DNA of 57,371 nucleotides, the filler included, from Dirinaria sp. TL-2023a (Eukaryota), in assembly GCA_051941275.1 (NCBI GenBank). It is 3 parts of 3 records of this genome, joined end to end, with 100 filler letters (N's around TTAATTAATTAA, not from the genome) between each part and the next. Parts side by side here need not be neighbours in the genome. Positions count along the whole stretch, not along the records: positions 38,324 to 57,371 come from JAVEBF010000356.1; 2 more parts are not named here. One strand, 5' to 3'. Position 1 is the stretch's first letter, and every line of letters begins with the position of its first letter. A program made the position numbers and the translations under genes. Below the pieces are notes generated by a model. It had not been told where the DNA came from. It was given only the letters and a program-made list of their open reading frames with translations, and ran no database searches. Positions 46,851 through 57,371 of the stretch are shown here, in pieces.

Positions 46851-48140
46851 TTATGCATGTGCTTCGTTCACCAGCGTATAGCGATATCTTGCTTTGCCAG
46901 CCGACATATCCAGAATAACCTTATTAGCCTCCTTGAGCGGGCGTGTCTCAATCCAAGGCTTGAGGTTCTTCTTAGCGGTAAGTGCGAGCATTTCCTACCA
47001 ATCATCAGCACCACTAAGACAACTTTCTAATGGCCGTGCTTACGTCAATTTCATGTGGAGCTCCAATCGTGCTTCCGCCCATCTTGCAACTCTTTGCAAT
47101 AAGGGCGAAAGCGTTGAAAGCAGGCATGGGCTCCTCGGGCGCGCCGACTTGGATGAAAGTACCATTGACCCGTAGCAATTGCAAATACTCTTGCAGGGGC
47201 ATGTCGGCCGAAGAAACGGTGCTGACAATGAGGTCGAGTGAGCCAGAATGATGGCTTGCCCAGTTTGCGTCTTCGCTGGTAGCGATGAAGTCATCTGCTC
47301 CCATTTTCTGTGCGTCCGCTTTCTTCGTGCTGGACCGACTGATTGCAACCACCTTATCGGCACCGAGGGCCTGTCTTCCTGTCAGTTCCACCATGGCATG
47401 CTCATCAAGAGAGAATGCCATACTTTTGCATACAACAAGCCGAAATGACCTAAGCCGCCAATTCCGACAATGCCAACTCGTTTTCCGGGCCCACAGCCAT
47501 TCTTCTTCAGTGGAGAATAGAGCGTAATGCCTCCGCAAAGCATTGGCGCGGCGTCCTCTGATGGAATCGAGTCCGGAATCTTGATAACGAAGTGCGAGGG
47601 CACTCGGGCATAATCCGCGTAGCCTCCATAGGACTTGCTACCATCCGGATATTTGCTGTCGAAGGTGGGGACGTTGACAATTTGGCAATGATTCTCCTCC
47701 CCGCTAGCGCATTGATCGCAGTCGGGCTTTAAGCAGGAGTACGATTGGGCTCCGACGCCGACTCGATCGCCGATTCTGCTCCATTTCAGAAGAACTCGGG
47801 TCGTGGGTACAAACAGTCCTACTTGATCCCCTTTTCGACCTTGCTACCTACTTTGACTGCTTTGCCGATGATTTCGTGGCTATCTCGTCCTGTCAGCTCC
47901 GAGGGCGCGCCGTTCTGGGGTTCCAGTCTGGACTTACCCAACAACACAAGGGTAGAGAGTCGGCTTCCAGCCACTTCGGAGCGTGTGAAGATCTGAGCCA
48001 CAAATACCACAGTGGGAGATCTCAATATCAACATCGCTTTCGTCCCATTTCTTGGGCTCATAGGCTTCCCACTTCATGTTTCCATCTGCGGATTTGGCAT
48101 CATGGCCAACCCAACCCTGGAATTTATAATCGGTAGACAT
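46851..48140 (-). CDS. Zn-dependent NADP(H) alcohol dehydrogenase (ADH6/7, cinnamyl-alcohol-dehydrogenase-like)
   Basis: CGICGSDLH, GHEIIG, GDRVGVGAQ, APMLCGGITLYSPL, GIGGLG; ends GKARYRYTLVNEAHA. Four introns. Confidence 0.92.
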
Positions 48141-50166
48141 TATTCGGGCGAATGAAACTTTTCAAGGATCTTTAAACGACTTTACAAATCTATCACTTGG
48201 TTTTCGGATAATGCGAGATTCTTTTCCCCTTTAGTATGAAGACGCACAATAGAAGAAAAAAATTCGCTGCGACGTGCTTAGGTACTGTATTTAAATATAT
48301 CGAGCGTTACCTTAACAGACGACCTAAAGAGCTCGGTGACGTAATTAGCAAAAAACTTCCTGCACGTAATCTGCAAAATTTAAAATGGAAGCAGACATCC
48401 GAGTCCCGTCGTCATCTTGAATAATAAATAATCAATCTGGAACCTAAATCTAGAAGCTAGTCATCTTTTCCCTGCAGCCGGGGGAAAACCCGCCGATCTT
48501 GTCTATCTGAAACCACGAAATCTAAGGTAGGTAAAGCATCGACAGTAGTCCAATCACAAACGTAGGGACGAGGCTCGGCGCATATAATATTTTGTTACGA
48601 ACCTAGATAGTAATGTATATCCAAGTCCAGCAGCTTGCGCCGACATACATCGACATATAGCGTAAAGAAATAAAAGATACATATATTTCATCGGACTATG
48701 GAACACGAAGCTTGTCGCTATTCTATGCTCCTGGCAGAAACGGGTGCCAATATCCCTTGACTGACCTATTAGCATAGCGCTGGCCGCTTTTTCGATGCTC
48801 TCACTGTGGCGAACACAGCTTTAACAGTTTTTGGCATTCACGATGCCTCTTCTATAGTGCAGCAATCCACCATCATTTCATTGAAACGGGGTTTGGTCCT
48901 GAGGTGAGGTGAGGTGGCTGGCGTGACTTGGGATCATCAGCACGCTGGCAATAGATGGGATACATGGCGCATATTATTCTTGCTTCGCAGGAAACGTAAT
49001 CATATCTAGATCGTGAATGGAATGAGTGAGAACGTGATTCACGCAGCGTCAAACCACGTCATTTATGTCATTCTCCGAGGACTTTCGTCATAAAATCACA
49101 GGAGGATTTTCTCTGGAGAAAAGGCATATGATGGGTTGATATAGAAGTGTTCATGGACACTAATGTAGGAGGATGGAATAAAGGAATATCTTGCGAACCA
49201 TACCTTCGAAAGGCTTTGGCTTGGGATTTCCATCAAGAAAGTATGAGAGGTAGAAGAAATCGACTCATATATACACGAGTAAAATTGGGGAAGGTAGCGT
49301 CCAACAGCCGCTACGGGGAATGCATAACCAAGAAAGCATCGACCGACAGCGGTCATCTGGTTCGAAGCAACCAGTAGCAAGCCCGCTGCAAGTGCGCCGA
49401 GAACCAATGTTTGTGGTCTGTAGCATCCTTTTTTTTTTTTTCCGCTTGAATGATTCTGCTGCGAGGGAGTAGCAGCACAATTAGCGCTAGTGTGGAGCAA
49501 GCGTGTAACTGTAGTATAAGCCAAACAGCGCGATGAATTCGTGGGAAGCGGCGTTTCTGGAAATGAAAATGATTGAGAGATTACCTTCATAACTCTAAGT
49601 ATTAGAAGTTCATTGTTGTTTCGTTCTTTGGGATTATGAATGTACGATGGGGTTTTACACTTAGGGAGATCTGACACGGGCAATTTAGTATTCTGCTGCG
49701 GCGCTGACGGTCTAGTCTGAATCTAAAGTACAGAGCAAGCCCCAATGGTGGTTGGAGCGATGAATGTAGAAGGCACAGTATTAAGCTCCTCTAAGTAATA
49801 CGCTCCGAGATGTAGACCTACTGGTCGTGGTAATGTGCAGAACTCGACATATGGTGAGCAATCTCAGAACCTGAACGTACTGCCCAAACAGCGGCGATTC
49901 AAGGCCTACCGGTCTACCATGGTTAGTGAGTTGGGGCGCCATTGCGTGATACTTCAAACCCATCAATTGGACAGTCCGGGCTTTGGTGGGGAAGGGAGCG
50001 TATTACCCTTTGAGAAAGGCCGTCGCATTCACATATTCTACCCCCGGCTGCGCAGATTGCGAGCTCTCGCTTTTGTCAAGCTCACGCAAGCCTGCTACTA
50101 GGACTAGGTCGAGATGCTCAAAGGCGCATTGTGGCGGAATCGTCGGTAACTCTGATCAGAGAGGAT

Positions 50167-51506
50167 TTAATTGCCTAGCTCGCCGAGCAACAGTGTTCTA
50201 TCCGATGAACCAGATACGACTAGTGAACGGTTAGCCAAAGCCCACTCGGCCAAAAACCTCTTTGCCGAGACCTACTGATTGATTCCTCGCCCGAGGCAAA
50301 TCTTACATCGTTCACTGTTCCTTTGTGTCCAGGTAGTTTATACAGCAGCTTCGTGCTTTGTGCGTCCCACACAACAGCCGTACCATCTCCACTTCCGCAA
50401 GCGACTTTTCCACCTTTTGCATCCCAGCTTGCTTTGATAAGATTCTTCTCCATGCCAGCCGGCGCTCCAACATACGTTTTCATCTGGCGGTCAACAGGAG
50501 CAAATGGGCGAATGTCCCACGTCTTTGCAAGACCGTCGTGAGAGTACGAGAGCAAAGCTTGAGCATCGGGTGAGACCTCAAGCGACGTAACAGTATCGGT
50601 GTGACCACTCATTGTATATAGGACAGCTTGTTTGCGCATGTCCCATGCCTTGATGTCGTTGTCGATGCCTCCACTGTAGAGTTCGTTGCCAGCTTCTGCG
50701 ACAGCGACTGATGTGATTGGGAAATCCGTCGCAATGAAGTCGATCGCACGCTTTTGCCTTGGGTCCCATAGGCCAATATAACCATCATCGGAGCCACTGA
50801 ACAGGAGTTCTTCGCCTCGCCTACTGACGTTCACGCAGTTGACCAATTCCTCATGTCCTTCATGCCGCCGTATTCGCAGGCCAGACTCGAGGTCCCAGCT
50901 GGCCAGCGTCATGTCTGCAGATGCGGAAAAGAGGATATTCGAGTCCCTGGACCAATTGACATCGAGCACCGCTCCTTTATGGCCGGTCAAGATACCAAAG
51001 TTGTCGCATTGACCGTAAGTCCGCCATAACACTTGATTGGAACAAATCAGTACCATAAGTAACTCATATCATGAGACGGTGGAAAGCTCACTTATTGATC
51101 TGTCCATTGATCCGCTTGCGATAAGATGTCCTGCATGGTCAAATCGGGTAGCAAAGACTTCGCCAGAATGACCTGTCGCATATCAGTCTCCTATCCCAGC
51201 AAAGAAAAAGCCTTCAATACCAGTGAGCTCCATGATAGGGGCTTGTAGACCACTTGTCCTCGGCACCTAGTCGCATCTTTGCATCAGCTGGCCTTTTCCA
51301 GATAGTAGTTTAGCCCATGTCCGGAAAGCAAGCATTCTCGTTGACTGAGGTAGGTGACATACAGCTTGAATGAGCGCCCCATTGCTATTAGCGGCACTCT
51401 TTATTGCCACTGAGTTTCCGGCTGGTAAATCTGCGTTTGACTTCTGCCTCTTTACCAGCTGTGAGGTCACAAATGAAGTGGACGCCGAACGCTTTTCTGC
51501 AGACAT
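50167..51506 (-). CDS. WD40-repeat U5 snRNP 40 kDa protein (SNRNP40 / Spf38 / Cwf17-like)
   Basis: RTSGLQAPIMELTGHSGEVF, ASGSMDRSI, WDIRPFAP, MEKNL, LYKLPGHKGTVNDVRF; ends SGSSDRTLLLGELGN. Confidence 0.9.
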
Positions 51507-51910
51507 CTTGGGCTGAATTGACAGATTTTGGCCATCAGACCACTATAGTTGTGGGCTATAATTGGCACGATAAATCCAGCATTGAGTCCTGGTTTTTGCT
51601 AATACTGAGAGCAACAGTAAAACCTCAACCTCTCAATTCCGTACAAATCTGAAACATTGAACACAAGCGCAGCCGAGCGCGCTAGCGTTATCGGCTATTC
51701 TACCCGTTTAAGTCCGCCTCGACCCCTACCTGCTACCCGGTCATCTTGGACTAAGTAATCCGCCCCTGTAGAGCAGTCAACGATCGCTCGTCCTCCACTC
51801 AACCTCTACCAGGAAACGGCAGACATGATGCACATGCCGCCAAAGGTTTTTTAAGATCGTATCCTATTTCCTATGAGTCAAAGGGCGGGGGAAGTTTTAT
51901 TAGAGCTAGT

Positions 51911-52869
51911 ATGGCAGCTAGCAAGGCCGCGAGGGCTGGGGAAGAGTGAGCAAACATGTCTTTATTCGCTGAAAAAACTGACTGAGTTCGACATAGGATT
52001 TGGAAGTGAGTACCTGGAGCCTTTGTCCTTTTGAAGAAATACCTTGCTTCATTGCTTATCCGCATAATATCCGTTTGGTAATACTGACCTTCGACTAGAA
52101 GTCGGGTCGACAAGGTCAATGCAGAGCTGGTCACATTGACGTATGGCACAATGGTGGCTCAGCTTTGCTCAGATTACGACAGCAATTATGCTGAGGTCAA
52201 TAAACATTTGGACAAGATGGGATATAATATCGGTATGCGGCTGGTTGAAGACTTCTTCGCAAAGTCTGGTATCCCACGGTGCAACAGCCTACGAGATACG
52301 GCGGACACAATATCCCGGGTAAGCTTCAACTTCCATGCTGACCTCGAGACCATATAGTCGTTTCATGGTGAGCGAATGTAGGAGTTTTTGGCTGATGGTT
52401 AAGCAGATCGGTTTCAAAATATTCCTTAATATCACACCCACAATAACCAATTGGACGGCCGACAACAAGCAATTTTCCCTTGTATTCGAAGAAAATCCTT
52501 TGGCAGACTTCGTGGAGCTACCAGACGACGGAAGAGCGCAAGATGAGCTTTGGTACTCGAATATTCTGTGCGGTATACTTCGGGGTGCACTCGAAATGGT
52601 CAGTAGGCCCTTACTCTTCTCCACACACATGCTTTGTCTTCTGCTCCAGGCCAGTTGACTTCTGTCGACGAATAATGCACCTACATCCTCGAGGGTTCGA
52701 CGGTGTGCGAAAGTCTTTGAAATACCAGTGGCTCACTTTAATACTGAAGGTGCAAATGCAAATCGAAGTTCAATATGTCAGTGACATCCTTCGGGGAGAC
52801 GATACAACGGAAATGAGGATAACGCTGCTACGATATATAGAGGATGAGATGCCTCCGGATGACGAGTAG
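51911..52869 (+). CDS. bet3: TRAPP complex core subunit Bet3 (TRAPPC3)
   Basis: [76 protein letters not shown]. Includes a 9-nt micro-exon 51997-52005. Confidence 0.95.
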
Positions 52870-54379
52870 AAAGCTACAGTGCTCGTAGGTTACGTGCTTG
52901 CAATGACATGCAGGATATCCCCGCACAATGCGTTCTTGAAAATCGTGAGGTTTTGATGATATCTTGCAACAGTGATTGCAGCAATTCCGTCACCTTACTT
53001 AAGTCCTTCAAGGAATCGCATAATTCAAATTTCCTATCACTCTAGGAAGCCGCTCTGTGGCCATCTGGGGGCATCGGTTATGACTTTCATCGCCAACCGC
53101 GATTTCCGGATGAGAAGCAAACGATCTCTCCCTTTATGATGCATTGGCCGCCCATCCATAGGTCGATCTCAAAGCGCAATCAACGAGATTTTGTGCACGG
53201 CAAGATGCACGCCCCTGAAACATGGTCTAATGTTTCAGGACCTCCACTCCGTACGCTGAAGGCGATTTCCAAGATGGGCACACTGTTGTACCCAGATCGC
53301 CAGTCTTGGTGTAAATTATTTTAATTCCCCGTACGAAAAAACCATCGTATGGGATTGTATGTAGTGTCCAGAAGAGGTATGGTGAGGTAAGGTACCTGTG
53401 GTAAGGTACCTTACTTACCTGACTCACCTTACCTTAGTAGTGAATAAAAGGCGCAATGGTTGCACGTGACCTGCCATCAATCGAGTAAACCAGCGCCACT
53501 CCCGTGTTAACCACTTCCCAGGTACTTAATTGGATGGCGCCGCACAAATCTTGCCTGGAACAGAATTGTCATAACTGCACTCGATTTACTATTACATGGC
53601 CATTTAGCTGCCATCATCATATTCTGGACTGCTTGACCTCACTTTGCGAAAAGGCGTCATCATCACCGCACACATCATCAGCAGGGTACATCATCAGGTA
53701 GGAGTGAGGGGAGGTAAAGGTAGTGTGAGGTGGGACGTCCCAGTCGTGATAGAAACTACCGCCCACAAGGACCTCAATATACGCGCTACGCTACTCTACG
53801 GCACCCCATAATCTGCTGCCATCGCAATCAGAGTCAGTGTCTGCAGCCCGCCCCGAACTGAAAGCAGAAACTTAAAACGCTCTCCCCTGCCACTCCGCTG
53901 GGTCGACAACGTCGCTGTCCCATACCGGGCGGGCCCTGATCCATCTCACACAACTCCACTGTTGTGTCTTGTTGACGGTCTTGAATCAGACTCGTCGACC
54001 TTCTCCTATTATCATACCCTGCAGCTGGGGGCCTGATCCCATCTCAACCCCATCCACCGTCGCAATTGGAGCGACGTCTCCTTCCACCGCCGGCACATCG
54101 ACCTGACTGCCGATCCATGCACCTACCGTCACTAGGAACCAGAAGCTATTGACGACACTCACCACCTGGAATATATCGTCGCTACTTCACGATCGATCCC
54201 CATCGGCTCCCACACTGCGGTAGCCACTAGCTCCGAGAGCTCGCGGAATTGTCCGCCCTGCGTCCTGTGTCACGGATGATATTGAGGCGCCGAATGCAGG
54301 ACTCCAACAATAACACCTCTTAACCGCCACTCGATATCATTCGCGATTGTCGGAGAAAGAGCTCGCGCGGTCGTTGGAC

Positions 54380-56937
54380 ATGAGTCATTTGAATATGGCT
54401 GCTATGAACGGTGCAAACGGTTCCATCGGGACACTGCCACTGATGAATAATGGACCAAATGGCGCAACACCCAGACATGGCGGCGAGCCGGATGATTTCG
54501 ATTTCGAAGGGCGACTGAACTCCACCATCTACGACTATTTTGTGAAGAGCGGAAATTTTGAGTGCGCGCGGGCTCTGATGAAGAGTGAGGCGCGTTTAAA
54601 CCCGCCGTTGAGGGCCATTGACGGTGACGTAAACGGTACCGACGAAGACTCGAAAGATGACATGGGGTCCAAACGACCTAGCGATCTGCCGCCGCCGAGC
54701 GACCCATCGCCAGGTTCACCATTTCTTCTCGAGTGGTTTTCGCTTTTCTGGGACGTCTGGAATGCCCAAAGAAAAAAACCAAGTGCAAGTACGCAAGCTA
54801 TGTCATATGTACAACATACCCAGGTACGTAACTTAGTACAGGGACTGATGTCGCTGGCATTAATTCGGATTGACAGGCACAAACCAGGCTTCGACAGGAA
54901 CAACAGCGACAACTCCTACAGACTGGGATGCCCAACATTATGCCCGGCGATTATCAAATGATGCGCATGCAGAATGGTATGCCGATGCCTGACAATCTTC
55001 GAGCCAAGGCTATGCAAAACAGGGGCAACGCATTCGCTCAGGCGTAAGTATCATCCACACTTCGCACGGACGAGCTTCTATTCATCATTGCCAACCCATG
55101 ATCCTCACTGATCCGTCACCACAGGACACCGCAACAGTTAGCCCACATGAAGCAGCAGCACCAACTCATGCAGCAACAGATGCGGCGCGACCCATCCGAT
55201 ATGGACGTCAACGGTCAGCGAGCGCGGACACCCTCTTCAGGAGACAATGCACCGTCGCCATCAAAGAGACCACGTATTGAAGGCGTCCCTTTTAGTGCGC
55301 AACAGATGATGCAGAATAACAGGGGGCCAATGCAGAGCATGCAAGGACAGCCGATAATGGATCCAGCCATGAACCCAGCAAACCAGATGCTTATTAATAG
55401 TGGCATAGATCCCGAGGCTCTCAGCGCCACTCAGTATTCGACATTTTCGCAACAACCCCAAAATGTGCAAGCCAAGTCAATTCAAGCCATGAGTCAACGG
55501 TTACAGGGGGGTGGTCGTCCTGGACAGAGGCCAGGGATGCCAGGTCAAGGCTCTCCGATGGTGCCGCCTGGATATGATCTGGGTGCTGGTGTTCCCGAAT
55601 TCATGAATAACCCAGCCATGATGCGAGGCGGCGTGCCACCTGGGACAGCAAATAATGGCAATCACGCACTTCAGGATTATCAAATGCAGTTAATGCTCCT
55701 CGAGCAACAGAATAAGAAGAGACTGCTGATGGCACGCCAAGAACAAGACACTATGAGACAGCCTGATGGGCAGCAAATGCCCGGTGGGCCCGGTTACGCA
55801 CCGGGGATGTCTCCCTCTGGCAGCAGGTCTGGGCCTTCACCAGGACCAAATGACCAGATGGGCAAACGATCGCCGAAGATGGGTCCAGGAGGCTTGCCCG
55901 GCTCACCAATGCGTGATGGCAGCATGGCCCAAGCACGAGGCTCTCCGATGAGCTTCAATGGCCAAGTGCCTGCTGAGATGTACCAAGTGCGGGGCATGGA
56001 AAATGGTATTGGTCCTGCTGGACCCAACGCTATGAGAATGCAACCAGGTCAACATCCAGGCCAAATTGCAGGCGGTGGTTTCAATCCCCCTCAAGCACAA
56101 CAACAACAACAACATGCTGAGGCAATGCGGGCTCAAGCTGCTAGAATGCCTAATGGACAGCAATGGCAGCAGGCACCCCAACCGGGCCAAGCTCCAGTGA
56201 TGCAGCCTAACCAAGGGCAGCAACCAGCTCAAATGGGCACTCCTCAGCAACGCAACGCAATGCCTCCCCCACAAGCAGTGCCTACAGGCACCGGCGCTAA
56301 CGGAGCTCGCCCAAGCTCGCCCGCACAAGGCGCTCCGCCAACGCCTCAACCAGCCAACAAGGCTAATCCGAAAGGCAAAAAAGACACCAAGGAGACAAGA
56401 AAGGTATGGCGCCCGTTGAGCCGTTCGAGAGCGTCTGTAATATTAACACATGCCCAGCGTCCAAAGAAGGCTTCGACGGCAAGTGTCACTGCGACACCAG
56501 CCGGTGAACAGGAGGCACATACTCCGACACCAGCAACGCCAATCATATCACAGCATCCCAACTCTTTCGCAGCTGGGCAGAAGAGTGAAGCCCCCAACCC
56601 AGCTACCATACCTCAAGGTCCAGCTCCAGCAGCTCCTGCGCCCGGCTTGGCGCTTCCTCAGGCTGATGTCAACATGGCTCCCCAATTTGGTGCCTTGGAA
56701 GGTGCCGAAGTGAGTACCCTTTTCTCTTCATTTCGATCTGGGAAACCGAATCTTGCTAACGCCTTTATTCAGGGCCAGTTCAACATTGGGCCTTTCAGTG
56801 GCCTCGACGGTGGCGATGTCCTCGACAACTTCGATTTCGATTCCTTCCTCCATGATGACGGGGGTTTCGAGTTCGATGCCTCGAACTTCAATATGGGCGG
56901 TGGCGACGGGGTGGAAGCCGGTGCTGAAGGTGCTTAG
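54380..56937 (+). CDS. som1: LisH/LUFS-domain transcriptional regulator Som1/SomA (Flo8-like)
   Basis: LNSTIYDYF..FLLEWFSLFWD (LUFS/LisH), NLS-like PSPSKRPR, NHALQDYQMQLMLLEQQNKKRLLMARQEQD, C-terminal DVLDNFDFDSFL. Introns 54824-54876, 55044-55124, 56404-56457, 56710-56772. Confidence 0.92.
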
Positions 56938-57371
56938 TTGACCCAATTTGCTCAACCACAAAAGCCTATCTCAGCAATCCCATCGCAAGAAGTTCTCGTC
57001 CTGGAGCATTTCTAACAGTCAGCTTCGCGATTGCGGTCCCCCCGAATCCTTCTCGTCAGTATTGCAGCTAAGATTATCCACCCTCTCAGCGGCTGCACTC
57101 TAGCGTCCTTTCGGTACAAACGGGTCGCACCCGCCCTTTGCTTCATTGTCCATCTCGCTTGCCGGCGTTGTTGCACACATCTCCGACCAATAACTTTATA
57201 CCTCTTTGCGCGCGAGGCCCCCGTATGTATGCTTTGGCTTTTGGAAAATAGGCTTTTAACTCGATTGTTTAAAGGTGAGGTTGGAATCATAAGGTATGCA
57301 AGCAAACTGAGGGAGTAGATTGGCGTTTTGAGAATCCCCGCAACTCGTTCCGTGTATCAATCATCCTATCT

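Noticed and set aside
40763..52700. GGTTCGA strings (near 40763, 49359, 52695) as tRNA T-arms
   Set aside because: No cloverleaf or acceptor stem around them.
21333..52869. Apparent cluster of trafficking genes (emp70, gyp5, ent3, bet3)
   Set aside because: Common housekeeping class, interspersed with unrelated genes and split by an artificial linker.

Overview
Gene-dense, intron-containing genomic DNA of a filamentous ascomycete (Pezizomycotina: short GT-AG introns with CTRAC branch sites, fungus-specific genes such as noxD/pro41, som1 and a PTH11-like receptor). It is three contigs joined by two artificial 100-bp linkers (44 N + TTAATTAATTAA + 44 N at 19075-19174 and 38224-38323), so adjacency across those points is unverified. 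I can support 19 protein-coding genes: a partial PH-like protein, septin cdc3, a small Gly-rich protein, a PTH11-like receptor, mitochondrial mdh1, an NmrA-like oxidoreductase, a secreted CBM18-AA7 flavo-oxidase, ncs1, a TM9SF/Emp70 protein, a Gyp5-like TBC Rab-GAP, a HOL1-like MFS transporter, top2, noxA, noxD/pro41, ent3, an ADH6-like dehydrogenase, the U5-40K WD40 protein, bet3 and som1. I found no tRNA, rRNA, CRISPR or intact transposon. Best leads: (1) a non-coding, helix-dense block upstream of cdc3 (about 6836-7265, possibly to about 7960) that looks like an unannotated structured RNA; (2) the head-to-head noxA-noxD pair with PRO1-like motifs between them; (3) a strongly enriched intergenic heptamer TAAGGTA/TACCTTA, often as palindromes; (4) a cdc3 5' end with a cassette exon and a possible CUG start; (5) a chitin-binding oligosaccharide oxidase. 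Exon boundaries and motif counts were read by hand; no database searches were run.
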